Positions 56,451-64,000 of a stretch of DNA of 64,000 bases are shown piece after piece. Numbering within the stretch: the first letter of the stretch is position 1; each line of letters begins with the position of its first letter. Location: the IMG/VR virus record IMGVR_UViG_3300045974_000132, positions 222,394 through 286,393 of that record, one strand, 5' to 3'. Position numbers and translations under genes: made by a program. Below the pieces are notes generated by a model. That model saw only the letters and a program-made list of their open reading frames with translations, did not search any database and was not told the origin of the DNA.

Positions 56451-56702
56451 ATGACGAAAGCAAAGAAACTTGTTGATGAACTTGAAGCGAAAAATGCTGC
56501 TCGTAAAGATCGGGTAGCAAAAGCAAGAATTGCTCGAAAGGCAGAGGAGTTGGAGATCGGCACTTCTGATCCTATCCTGCTAAGTCTGTATCGTGATCTG
56601 CGTGGCTCCCAAGATCAAAGGTTGAAGACAGCGATCAACCAATACGAAGTAGGTTTGATAACAGGTGCAGAATGTGTGCGCCAGATGTTGAAAAATTCAT
56701 AA
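56451..56702 (+). CDS. early hypothetical protein
   Basis: AAGGAG RBS behind the sigma70 promoter. Confidence 0.75.
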   Translation: MTKAKKLVDELEAKNAARKDRVAKARIARKAEELEIGTSDPILLSLYRDLRGSQDQRLKTAINQYEVGLITGAECVRQMLKNS

Positions 56703-56713
56703 AGGGTTTTGTT

Positions 56714-57025
56714 ATGGAAATCGAAATCTCAGTATCGTCTTCTACACCTAATGAAGACAAGTTGGTTGCTTTCTTCAAGAAATCTGGCTGCAATCCTCAG
56801 CGTGTTCACAGCCCTGGTTCTTATGACTTTGAATGTCAAAACTGGGATCTTGAGTTACTCAAGAAAGCTATGAAAGACTGTGGCTGGGAGTCACAAGGTA
56901 AAGGGCTGTTCCCATCTAATGATGAAGGTACTGCATACTTCATTCAAAAGAAAGGTGACGAGCAACTTTGCTGCTTAACTCCGGAACCGTCAGGTTTGTT
57001 TTACATGGCATTCAACGGTTATTGA
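56714..57025 (+). CDS. small protein with SxS leader
   Basis: MEIEISVSS. Paralog of the 55432 C-terminal domain. Confidence 0.75.
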   Translation: MEIEISVSSSTPNEDKLVAFFKKSGCNPQRVHSPGSYDFECQNWDLELLKKAMKDCGWESQGKGLFPSNDEGTAYFIQKKGDEQLCCLTPEPSGLFYMAFNGY

Positions 57026-57034
57026 TTTCGTAAT

Positions 57035-57044
57035 ACTGTAAATA
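57035..57044 (+). promoter_or_regulatory. ACTGTAAATA putative promoter
   Basis: Recurring motif. Confidence 0.6.
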
Positions 57045-57123
57045 AAGGGTATGTGTGACAATGGTGTTTCACCTGCCCTAACTGTTTCACAAATAATCTA
57101 CCACAAAGAAAGCGAGTTTTAAA

Positions 57124-58200
57124 ATGACCACCAATTTCCTGTCCAAAGATGGCCTCCTGAACGTCGAAGCGATTGTTGCACTGGCTCGCGAAATCGACAA
57201 GGTTGCAACCAAGGAACAACTCAAGCCTGCTGAAATTCACTTCGCTGGCAAGGTTATTCCGAAGTACGACGCAGCAAAGGCCAAGGCAGGCGGCGAAGCT
57301 TTTACCAAGAAGCGCGCCCAACTCATTAAGGTTCGTTCGCGTATGCCTGCTTCGGGTTCGCGTGTAAAGATGGTTGCAATGCTTCGCAACTACAAGGAAC
57401 TGGAAGAGTTTGAAGACTTCACGGCAGACTTCAATGCTGCTCTGAAGGCAATTGCAGTCCACAACAAGTTGGCTGAAAAGCTGATCGCTACTTCCAAGAA
57501 GGAAGGTGCCAAGAAGCGTGAAATCGGCGCAAAGGAATTCGACAAGAATGCCGATGCTTTCATCAAGCTGATGGCTGAAGCAGGTGTTAAGTCGAGCAAC
57601 ATCGCAATCGGCATGTCGATGATGGGTAAGACAATCATCGTCAAGCTTCCGAATGGTGGTTATGTTTCTGTGGGCAAGGCTGATGCAGAACGTTTTGCTA
57701 AAGCCAAGGAAGGTGCTTCTGCTGCTCCGGCGAAGGCTGCTGCTACTTCTACACGCGGTTCGACACGCGGTGCTGCAAAGGCTGAACCCAAATCTGTGCC
57801 GCGTCGTTCGCGGGAAGTCTCGAAGCTTGCACCGATCTCCGATGCAATCAAGAAGGTTGGTGCTTCCCGTCGTGCAGCAAAGGGCGTTGCTGAAAAGACT
57901 TCTACGCGCGGTGCACGTGCAGCGAAGGCCGGTACTACCGCAGCGCGTGAAACTCGTTCGGAACGGGCATCGCGTCGTGAAGCTACTGACAAGGTTGTTG
58001 CAAAGGCTTCCCGCTCGGCAGGTAGTGCTTCGTTGAACGCTACGAAGGCCAAGGTTGCCGCTGCTACAAAGCCTGCAAGCACTCGTTCGTCACGTGCCCC
58101 GGCCGCTGCTACAAAGCCGGTTAAGAAGGTTGCTGCAAAGCCGGTTGCTGCTGCAAAGAAGGTTGCCGCTTCATCTACCCGTGCATCGCGTCGCGGTTGA
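57124..58200 (+). CDS. basic nucleoid-like protein A (globular N-terminus plus H1-like Ala/Lys/Arg tail)
   Basis: Tail such as AAATKPVKKVAAKPVAAAKK. Paralog of 58339. Confidence 0.75.
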   Translation: MTTNFLSKDGLLNVEAIVALAREIDKVATKEQLKPAEIHFAGKVIPKYDAAKAKAGGEAFTKKRAQLIKVRSRMPASGSRVKMVAMLRNYKELEEFEDFTADFNAALKAIAVHNKLAEKLIATSKKEGAKKREIGAKEFDKNADAFIKLMAEAGVKSSNIAIGMSMMGKTIIVKLPNGGYVSVGKADAERFAKAKEGASAAPAKAAATSTRGSTRGAAKAEPKSVPRRSREVSKLAPISDAIKKVGASRRAAKGVAEKTSTRGARAAKAGTTAARETRSERASRREATDKVVAKASRSAGSASLNATKAKVAAATKPASTRSSRAPAAATKPVKKVAAKPVAAAKKVAASSTRASRRG

Positions 58201-58228
58201 TAGTTGATCTACTTGTTAAGTAACACCG

Positions 58229-58257
58229 AAGGGAGCCTTAAAAAGCTCCTTTTTTTT
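58229..58257 (+). terminator. intrinsic terminator
   Basis: AAGGGAGC-8 nt-GCTCCTTTTTTTT. Confidence 0.9.
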
Positions 58258-58296
58258 ACGTCCACACCTTTGGTATAGAAAATTCAAAGGTAGATG

Positions 58297-58304
58297 CTAA
58301 TTTA
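58297..58304 (+). promoter_or_regulatory. CTAATTTA putative late promoter
   Basis: Recurring motif 35 bp before the start. Confidence 0.6.
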
Positions 58305-58338
58305 GACATATGGTTTATTAACTAAAGGACGACTTAAA

Positions 58339-59172
58339 ATGGCTAAAATTTCCTTTTCCGCAGCCTTGCTGGCGGATGACTCTTCTATCAAAGTTTCTGT
58401 TTCTGCTGCAAATCCCTATCTTTCTGCGGATGGTTTGATTGATGTTGCTGCCCTAACTAAGTTGGCAAACCGTATCATGACAGCTAATGGGAAAATCCCT
58501 GAATCAGCTAGTCGTGCAAAGCTTATTAGTCCTACCTTCTATACAGCAAAACCTGCTGAGAAGTATTCTGCTTCACTGGAAAAGAAGAATGACCACAAGT
58601 ACAAAACTCTTCGTGGACAACAAGTAAAGTCCCGTACTAAGTTACCTCCTGCAGGTAGCAGCATTAAATTCAAGTTGTTACTTCCTGCGCTACTTGAAGG
58701 TGCTGATAAGACGGTCGCTGCTGAAGTCCGTAAAGCTGTTTCCGCTATCAATAGCCACAACAAGAAGGCTGTTAAGGTAGTAGATAAGGTTAAGACTGAA
58801 AAGGGCAAGATTCGTGATGCAGCCAACAAAGAGTTTGATGCCAACGTTGACGTTGTTACTCAAATCCTTCTTGCTGGTGGTATCAAGGAAACCGGTATTG
58901 CTGTAGGCCAGTCTATGTTCGGTAAGGTTGTGCATGTTAAGCTTCCGAACGGCGGTGTTATCTCTATCGGTAAGTCTGATACTTCCAAGTTCAATGCTGC
59001 TAAGAAGTCCGGTGGTGAAACTGCTGCTGCTCCTGCTGTGAAGCCAGGTCGTGTAACTATCTCCCGCAAAGCACCTGCTGCCAAGCCCGCACGTTCTGCT
59101 CGCGTTGCTACAACTCGCGGTGTTCGTAAGACAAAGGCCGCTACATCTGTTCGCCGGGCTGCTGCTAAGTAA
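58339..59172 (+). CDS. basic nucleoid-like protein B (paralog of 57124 with extra SxS leader)
   Basis: IAVGQSMFGKVVHVKLPNGGVISIGKSD versus IAIGMSMMGKTIIVKLPNGGYVSVGKAD. Confidence 0.75.
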   Translation: MAKISFSAALLADDSSIKVSVSAANPYLSADGLIDVAALTKLANRIMTANGKIPESASRAKLISPTFYTAKPAEKYSASLEKKNDHKYKTLRGQQVKSRTKLPPAGSSIKFKLLLPALLEGADKTVAAEVRKAVSAINSHNKKAVKVVDKVKTEKGKIRDAANKEFDANVDVVTQILLAGGIKETGIAVGQSMFGKVVHVKLPNGGVISIGKSDTSKFNAAKKSGGETAAAPAVKPGRVTISRKAPAAKPARSARVATTRGVRKTKAATSVRRAAAK

Positions 59173-59183
59173 GGAGGCCTGTA

Positions 59184-59837
59184 ATGGCTATCTCTCGTAG
59201 TAATGGCGTTACCCGTCGTAGGGCACGTAAAGCAGGTTTAGATAATGTTGACGGTAATCGCATCATTATTGATGGCCCAAAGATCGTTCGCCGCCTTAAG
59301 GGTGCTTATGTTAAGAAGGGGGCGGCTCTTACTAAGAATGATCTGAAGCAAGAGGAAATAGCACCTTCTGATGATACAGAATCCTCTACCCAGGATCTTC
59401 CCGAAGTAGAGTCTGTTACGGTTACTGACTCTAACACTAAAAAGGAACCTAAAGTTATGGAACGCGTTAAGATCGCCTTATCGGGTGACGTTATCTTCAC
59501 CCCTTACACAGACGGTACTCAGTATGCTTGCCGTCGTGATGCGCTGGCCAATCTACGTCGTCGTATGCCCTCTTTCGAGGTAATGCTGTCAGATGTTACA
59601 GGTGAAGGTCAAATTGACTTTACCTTATCAAATGAGTTTGACATTGAAGGTGAAGAAGTGGCCTTGACTGCACGTGGACTTGCTTCTCCGTATGAAATGG
59701 CTATTCACACTATTACTATCAACTACAAGGATAAGAAGTTTGATGTTAATCCTGTAGATCGTGCACGTAGTCCTGAAGATACTGTTAACTTCCTTAAGCG
59801 AGTGGCGGTGAATTGTGTTAACGGCGTTTATGCTTAA
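59184..59837 (+). CDS. hypothetical protein
   Basis: AAGGAGG RBS. Internal MERVKIALSG. Confidence 0.75.
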   Translation: MAISRSNGVTRRRARKAGLDNVDGNRIIIDGPKIVRRLKGAYVKKGAALTKNDLKQEEIAPSDDTESSTQDLPEVESVTVTDSNTKKEPKVMERVKIALSGDVIFTPYTDGTQYACRRDALANLRRRMPSFEVMLSDVTGEGQIDFTLSNEFDIEGEEVALTARGLASPYEMAIHTITINYKDKKFDVNPVDRARSPEDTVNFLKRVAVNCVNGVYA

Positions 59838-60039
59838 AGTGCAAGCAGAGGCTCGTCGAAAGGTATGTGACTCCTGTGACCAGAAGCGTACTTCTTTCGG
59901 CGTAGACCTTTGCAATAAGTGCGGCTGCGTAATTACTTTTAAAGTCAAGTTACGTGAGTCTGTTTGTCCTCTACATAAATGGGATTCAATAGATGCGGCC
60001 TCAAAAAATACGAATCCTCTCAAGCCATCCCAAGCGTGA
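59830..60039 (+). CDS. small Cys-rich protein (DUF6171-like)
   Basis: R..VC..C..C.KCGC...KVKL...CPL.KW. Confidence 0.65.
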   Translation: MLKVQAEARRKVCDSCDQKRTSFGVDLCNKCGCVITFKVKLRESVCPLHKWDSIDAASKNTNPLKPSQA

Positions 60040-60229
60040 AGAAGAGATACCCAACATTACACACTGGCTTAAAGCAAACCAATGTTCTTTAGTAATGCCT
60101 AATCAGGTATATCATAAGGGCAAGCATATAGGTACGCTTAATGCAGTGGACAGTAAGTTGGTGTTTATTCCTTCAATCACTTGGGAAGAGTGGGACGCTA
60201 TAGATAAAGCACATCCGCACTCTTCGTAA
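59993..60229 (+). CDS. hypothetical protein
   Basis: Fills the gap, start uncertain. Confidence 0.5.
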   Translation: MRPQKIRILSSHPKREEEIPNITHWLKANQCSLVMPNQVYHKGKHIGTLNAVDSKLVFIPSITWEEWDAIDKAHPHSS

Positions 60230-60251
60230 GGCTTAGATCGAGATATATAAC

Positions 60252-60953
60252 ATGAGTGAGATTACTATGCCTAACGGTCGTAAACCAGGTAAGGTTGAAG
60301 CAAAGAAACCGGGTCTAGTAGGGAAACCTGTTGAGCCTGAACAGAAGCGTAAGAAAAAGAAACGTCCTACTGAGGATGCACAACCTAAAGCTGATAAGCG
60401 TTTAAATCGTGCTACCAAGAGACTACCTGATCTTCAATCACAAGCTTCTGACTTGGAAGAGGAGATAGGTAGTTTAGACTTAGAAGGCTCGGGCGGACCG
60501 GAAGCTGTATTCAAACGTGAATACGTTAGTATGCTTCAGTTCAATGCCAAGCTTATCAAACGGTTGAATACGCAACTTGAAAGCACGTTATCTTCGCGGG
60601 ACATATATGCGCTTAGTACGATAATGTCCCAACAGCGGGAGGTTATTGCAGACCTTCGTACTATTGTTGACATGAGCGAACAAGTAGAAATGGTTCAACG
60701 CCAAGTCTTAGTTCCTTTTGTCAGTGATACTACCCAGCTTTTGACTGACGTATATTTCCAACTACGTCGTCTTATAACGGAAACATCCACACCTAGACAA
60801 ACTCAGTTTGCTTTAAATCAATTAGATGATTTGGTAAAGCAGTTTGGATCGGGCTTGCAGACTACGCATGAAACCTCCAAGGATAAGCTTTACCAAATCT
60901 TGCTAGGGGATGCACAACCTGCTACTGCTAAGAAAAGGAAGAACAAGAAATGA
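60252..60953 (+). CDS. hypothetical helical protein with basic termini
   Basis: 233 aa ORF. Confidence 0.75.
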   Translation: MSEITMPNGRKPGKVEAKKPGLVGKPVEPEQKRKKKKRPTEDAQPKADKRLNRATKRLPDLQSQASDLEEEIGSLDLEGSGGPEAVFKREYVSMLQFNAKLIKRLNTQLESTLSSRDIYALSTIMSQQREVIADLRTIVDMSEQVEMVQRQVLVPFVSDTTQLLTDVYFQLRRLITETSTPRQTQFALNQLDDLVKQFGSGLQTTHETSKDKLYQILLGDAQPATAKKRKNKK

Positions 60954-61245
60954 GTACGATTCAGGTTTCTATTTCAGGTATTGACGGCATTACAGCTTTT
61001 ATATTCCTTCCCAAAACTAACAAGCACGTTGCTTTTAACCATGTCTGTGTTAAAGAAGCTAAAAAGATTGTTAAGGAATTTGGCTTTATGAAGAAATGGA
61101 ATTTGGCAAAGACTGGCTTTGGGATACTAAAGGTCAACCTAACTACGTAACAGAGTCCTTCTACGTAAAGAATCGTAAAGCTATTCACTTTGCTGGGGAT
61201 AGAGCCATCTTGAACTTCCTTCTCTGGCTAAACCGTCAAGTATAA
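60950..61245 (+). pseudogene. SxS-leader gene apparently frameshifted near 61075-61082
   Basis: MSTIQVSISG..KKIVKE continues plausibly in the -1 frame as WLYEEMEFGKDWLW..AILNFLLWLNRQV to TAA 61245. Confidence 0.5.
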
Positions 61246-61250
61246 CCAAT

Positions 61251-61260
61251 ACTGTAAATA
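61251..61260 (+). promoter_or_regulatory. ACTGTAAATA putative promoter
   Basis: Recurring motif 22 bp before the start. Confidence 0.6.
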
Positions 61261-61281
61261 TATTGTATAAAGGAGGGCGTA

Positions 61282-61734
61282 ATGTCCTATTCGACTTTCA
61301 AAGAAATGGAGAACCGGATTAGTCCGTTCTTGCGGTTTGCCGAACAAAAAGGTATGTTAGCTTCTCATTCTGAAGAGTCTAAAATGCCTAAGCCTGATAT
61401 GCCGCAACTCAGCTACCTGCGCATTGAATTAGATCGTCTTCGTCCAGGTATGGCTGACTATATCGTCCGTGTTTCTACTCCTTTGTATGAAGGCGTCGAT
61501 AAGTCAAATACAGTCCTTAGCATACGCGGCAATCGTAGCCTTGCTAAGTTTGAAGCTGTGAAGAAGCTAGCCGACGTTATCGGTAAGGAAATGATTGAAC
61601 GTGAAGATGCTACCCATGATTGGGAAAACTTCGATAGCGAACATCTTGCCGACTTGATCGCAAACTTCCTTAAGTTCTTTGCCCTTACAGCCAACGCAGA
61701 TCGTCTTCAATTCACCACTGAAGCTTTGTCTTAA
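61282..61734 (+). CDS. hypothetical protein
   Basis: AAGGAGG RBS. Confidence 0.8.
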   Translation: MSYSTFKEMENRISPFLRFAEQKGMLASHSEESKMPKPDMPQLSYLRIELDRLRPGMADYIVRVSTPLYEGVDKSNTVLSIRGNRSLAKFEAVKKLADVIGKEMIEREDATHDWENFDSEHLADLIANFLKFFALTANADRLQFTTEALS

Positions 61735-61749
61735 ACATAGGTGTAATAA

Positions 61750-62496
61750 ATGAACACCTCGCTTAACGGACTATTTTCTCAGTTTGGCGCTAAAGGTATG
61801 CCTCCCTTTATTAGTGAAGATTTTTCATCTTCATGGGACGCCTATGATGAAAGCGGCCACCTAAAAGAAACCACACCCAGGGAACGCGTGATAAGCGTCC
61901 TTGGGTTTTTGCATTTGATGAAGCAAGCAGGCTATAAGAAAACAGCAGTAAATCCGTACAAAGCGTATGAAGATTTGCTTGCTGAAGAGTTTGGTCAGTA
62001 TGCTAAGACTCTCGCACAGGAGCTTCGTAAGCTTCGTGTGTTTGACCTGTTCCGCATATATAAGACTCACTTCGAGGTAGCGCCTGTGCTACGAGGTAGT
62101 CGTGATATTCATCTAAGCTTTTGTGTTATGCCTAAGCGTAAAGAACCTTTAGATAATACGCTCAACAAAGCAGAAGGCTATTTGTATAATCGTGATCTAC
62201 CCATCTTTCTCCAAGAACGTTGGAAGAAGATGAATATTAAATCAACGTCGATTAAGCCTAGGTCTGCACTACCTAAATACTTTGATCTTATGAAGAGTCC
62301 TTCTGTACTTGGGCGTCTTCCGCTTCTCATTAATAACAATTATTCTTTGCATGTATCTCGATCTGCTGGTGATATGCTTGTCTTCCGCTTTAAGGTTGCC
62401 CAGCCTGTAGAACAAGTATCGTGGATGAGTAAACATGCTCACAACCAGTTACTACGTAAGCTGTGGGTAGCTTCTTTCAAATCTTTGCAGGGCTGA
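61750..62496 (+). CDS. hypothetical protein
   Basis: 248 aa ORF. Confidence 0.75.
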   Translation: MNTSLNGLFSQFGAKGMPPFISEDFSSSWDAYDESGHLKETTPRERVISVLGFLHLMKQAGYKKTAVNPYKAYEDLLAEEFGQYAKTLAQELRKLRVFDLFRIYKTHFEVAPVLRGSRDIHLSFCVMPKRKEPLDNTLNKAEGYLYNRDLPIFLQERWKKMNIKSTSIKPRSALPKYFDLMKSPSVLGRLPLLINNNYSLHVSRSAGDMLVFRFKVAQPVEQVSWMSKHAHNQLLRKLWVASFKSLQG

Positions 62497-62502
62497 CATA
62501 TC

Positions 62503-62937
62503 ATGAAACCTAGCGTACTTAAAGCTCTTGAGCGGGTAGCTTCATTATCTGCGGAAAGTGCAAATTTGGTTGGACAACTAAAGTCCAATCCGAATGAACA
62601 AATAACCGGTGATAATACAGCCACTATAGCGAAGCTTACTTCAAGCATTACCCAATTGAATTCAGAGCTATCTCTTCTACGCATGGAAGCGATTCCTGTA
62701 GATGCGGTATTATCTGATAGTGAGATTGAAAACTTCACTACTTCCTTTGAAGAGTATCTGTCTAAGTCTACCAATATCAAAACAACATTGCTAGGCTTCA
62801 CTAGGACATTCTTTTTGCCCTACTCTCCTCCTGTACGAGTAGTGATTGCTAACACAATCCTAAACTACTGTACAAAAAATGACCTGTCGGCTTCTGATCT
62901 GTGGCGTGACATTGTTGCGAATACGGGGTATCTCTAA
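62503..62937 (+). CDS. hypothetical protein with SLSA motif
   Basis: MKPSVLKALERVASLSAE. Confidence 0.75.
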   Translation: MKPSVLKALERVASLSAESANLVGQLKSNPNEQITGDNTATIAKLTSSITQLNSELSLLRMEAIPVDAVLSDSEIENFTTSFEEYLSKSTNIKTTLLGFTRTFFLPYSPPVRVVIANTILNYCTKNDLSASDLWRDIVANTGYL

Positions 62938-64000
62938 ATGTTTATTAAACCTAAAATGCCTAGGCTGTTTGCAGAGGCGGATGTTCTGTCTTTGTCAGCG
63001 GCTGCAAAACCCACAGGTTCTACGATTGAAAGCTTTCTACCTGTTGCTCTTGATCCAGATAGCGATGCTGATTTCCGTAGGCATCTACACCCGCGGCGCT
63101 CGGTAAAAGCTCCTAAGATGTACGTAGAACTTGCTACGTACATGTGTGAGCTTAGTGCCTACCTTGAAGCAATCTTCGGTGGCCTAAGTGAAGGCCTTGT
63201 TAATCAGAAGCGTTGGACAGATAACGGTAGAGATATTGGAGCTGAAATCAGCAAGACTATCGACCATCTGTACTCTACGGCTGTTGACAAAGAAGGTACT
63301 GTCAAGCGTTACATTCAAGCAATGTCGCAAGGTGCCAACCATATCATCAAGCCTAGCGTTCGTTTCAAAGACGGCATGGATGTTATGTTTGTTGGGCAGC
63401 GTGGTGCAAATAAAAGCACTATTCTTAGCCTGCCCGTGGCTAATATGCCTGTTACTATTCCTACGACAACAAACTCATATTTTCATCGTGAGCTTGATGA
63501 AAACCAAATGAATGATCCTAAGTCTAAGGCGTACATTGATACCGCTTGGGCTATTCAGAAGATTTTCTTCAAGACTGAATTGAATTCTATTAAGAGTTCC
63601 TATTCACGCATTGTCGATCAAAAAGCTATCGGTGAACTTGAAAAGAGCCTTGCCGAAATTACCCGCATCCTTACTACAGGGCCACTTGCAAAGATTGGGG
63701 TTGCTATTCAACCGCTCCCATTTGCAGGTGTTCTATCTCCGACAGTAACTACCTATCTAAACAAGTATAACAGCTTGTTGGTTGTGCGTGAGCCTGATAG
63801 CACTGCTGTACAAGCCCGTGTTTTGAAAGCAGACCTGCCTGATGAATCTTTAGGCATCAGTATGTTGAAGCAAGCAATGCAACCTACTATTGCATTCTCG
63901 TTTGCTCTTAATCTTCCGATCAACATCGTGCAATACATTGTTCAAGCTAAGGACAAAGTCAGCCTTGCTTCTTTGAACGTATGGGCATCTGTTTGGGCAT
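62938..64000 (+). CDS. N-terminus of a large protein (partial, absent from ORF track)
   Basis: ATG 62938. Frame is open for 354 codons to the window end. MFIKPKMPRLFAEADVLSLSAAA. Confidence 0.85.
   Translation, partial: MFIKPKMPRLFAEADVLSLSAAAKPTGSTIESFLPVALDPDSDADFRRHLHPRRSVKAPKMYVELATYMCELSAYLEAIFGGLSEGLVNQKRWTDNGRDIGAEISKTIDHLYSTAVDKEGTVKRYIQAMSQGANHIIKPSVRFKDGMDVMFVGQRGANKSTILSLPVANMPVTIPTTTNSYFHRELDENQMNDPKSKAYIDTAWAIQKIFFKTELNSIKSSYSRIVDQKAIGELEKSLAEITRILTTGPLAKIGVAIQPLPFAGVLSPTVTTYLNKYNSLLVVREPDSTAVQARVLKADLPDESLGISMLKQAMQPTIAFSFALNLPINIVQYIVQAKDKVSLASLNVWASVWA

Noticed and set aside
60252-60953. Small terminase subunit
   Set aside because: Size and helical character fit, but there is no diagnostic motif or adjacent large terminase in the window.
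1-64000. Genome-wide stop-codon reassignment (TAG as Gln, or TGA)
   Set aside because: Long genes are intact under code 11 with high coding density. Only one convincing internal TAG was found.

Overview
This 64 kb window is part of a large lytic dsDNA tailed phage genome. It is AT-rich, densely coding and almost entirely on the + strand. No tRNA, rRNA, CRISPR array or integrase was recognised. The gene set (ThyA, bacterial-type DnaX clamp loader, SbcC/Rad50, PolA-type 5'-3' exonuclease, RuvC, H1-like basic proteins) suggests a jumbo myovirus resembling the RSL1/Lu11/PaBG/Y3 group. That placement is an inference from recalled gene content, not a search result. Layout: (i) 1-18 kb, nucleotide metabolism and replication, including a phosphohydrolase cluster (HD, Apyc1-like MBL, DHH-DHHA1, two MazG-like); (ii) 18-38 kb, about 50 small early ORFs behind a perfect sigma70 promoter; (iii) 38-45.6 kb, exonuclease, J-domain protein and a four-gene minus-strand block; (iv) 45.8-64 kb, probable late/virion genes behind a recurring CTAATTT motif. 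Main leads: (a) A short N-terminal leader (hydrophobic strand then S-x-S/A) is shared by about a dozen unrelated late proteins. It looks like a capsid-targeting, protease-cleaved cargo tag. One paralog pair differs by exactly this tag and by promoter class, and the tag DNA was duplicated when a new gene was inserted. (b) Non-structural derivatives of virion proteins are present: a Tat-signal, domain-permuted tail-sheath protein, sheath C-terminal-like modules (one fused to a DHH nuclease) and three stand-alone capsid-domain-like paralogs. All family calls come from motif recognition by eye and need HMM or structure confirmation.
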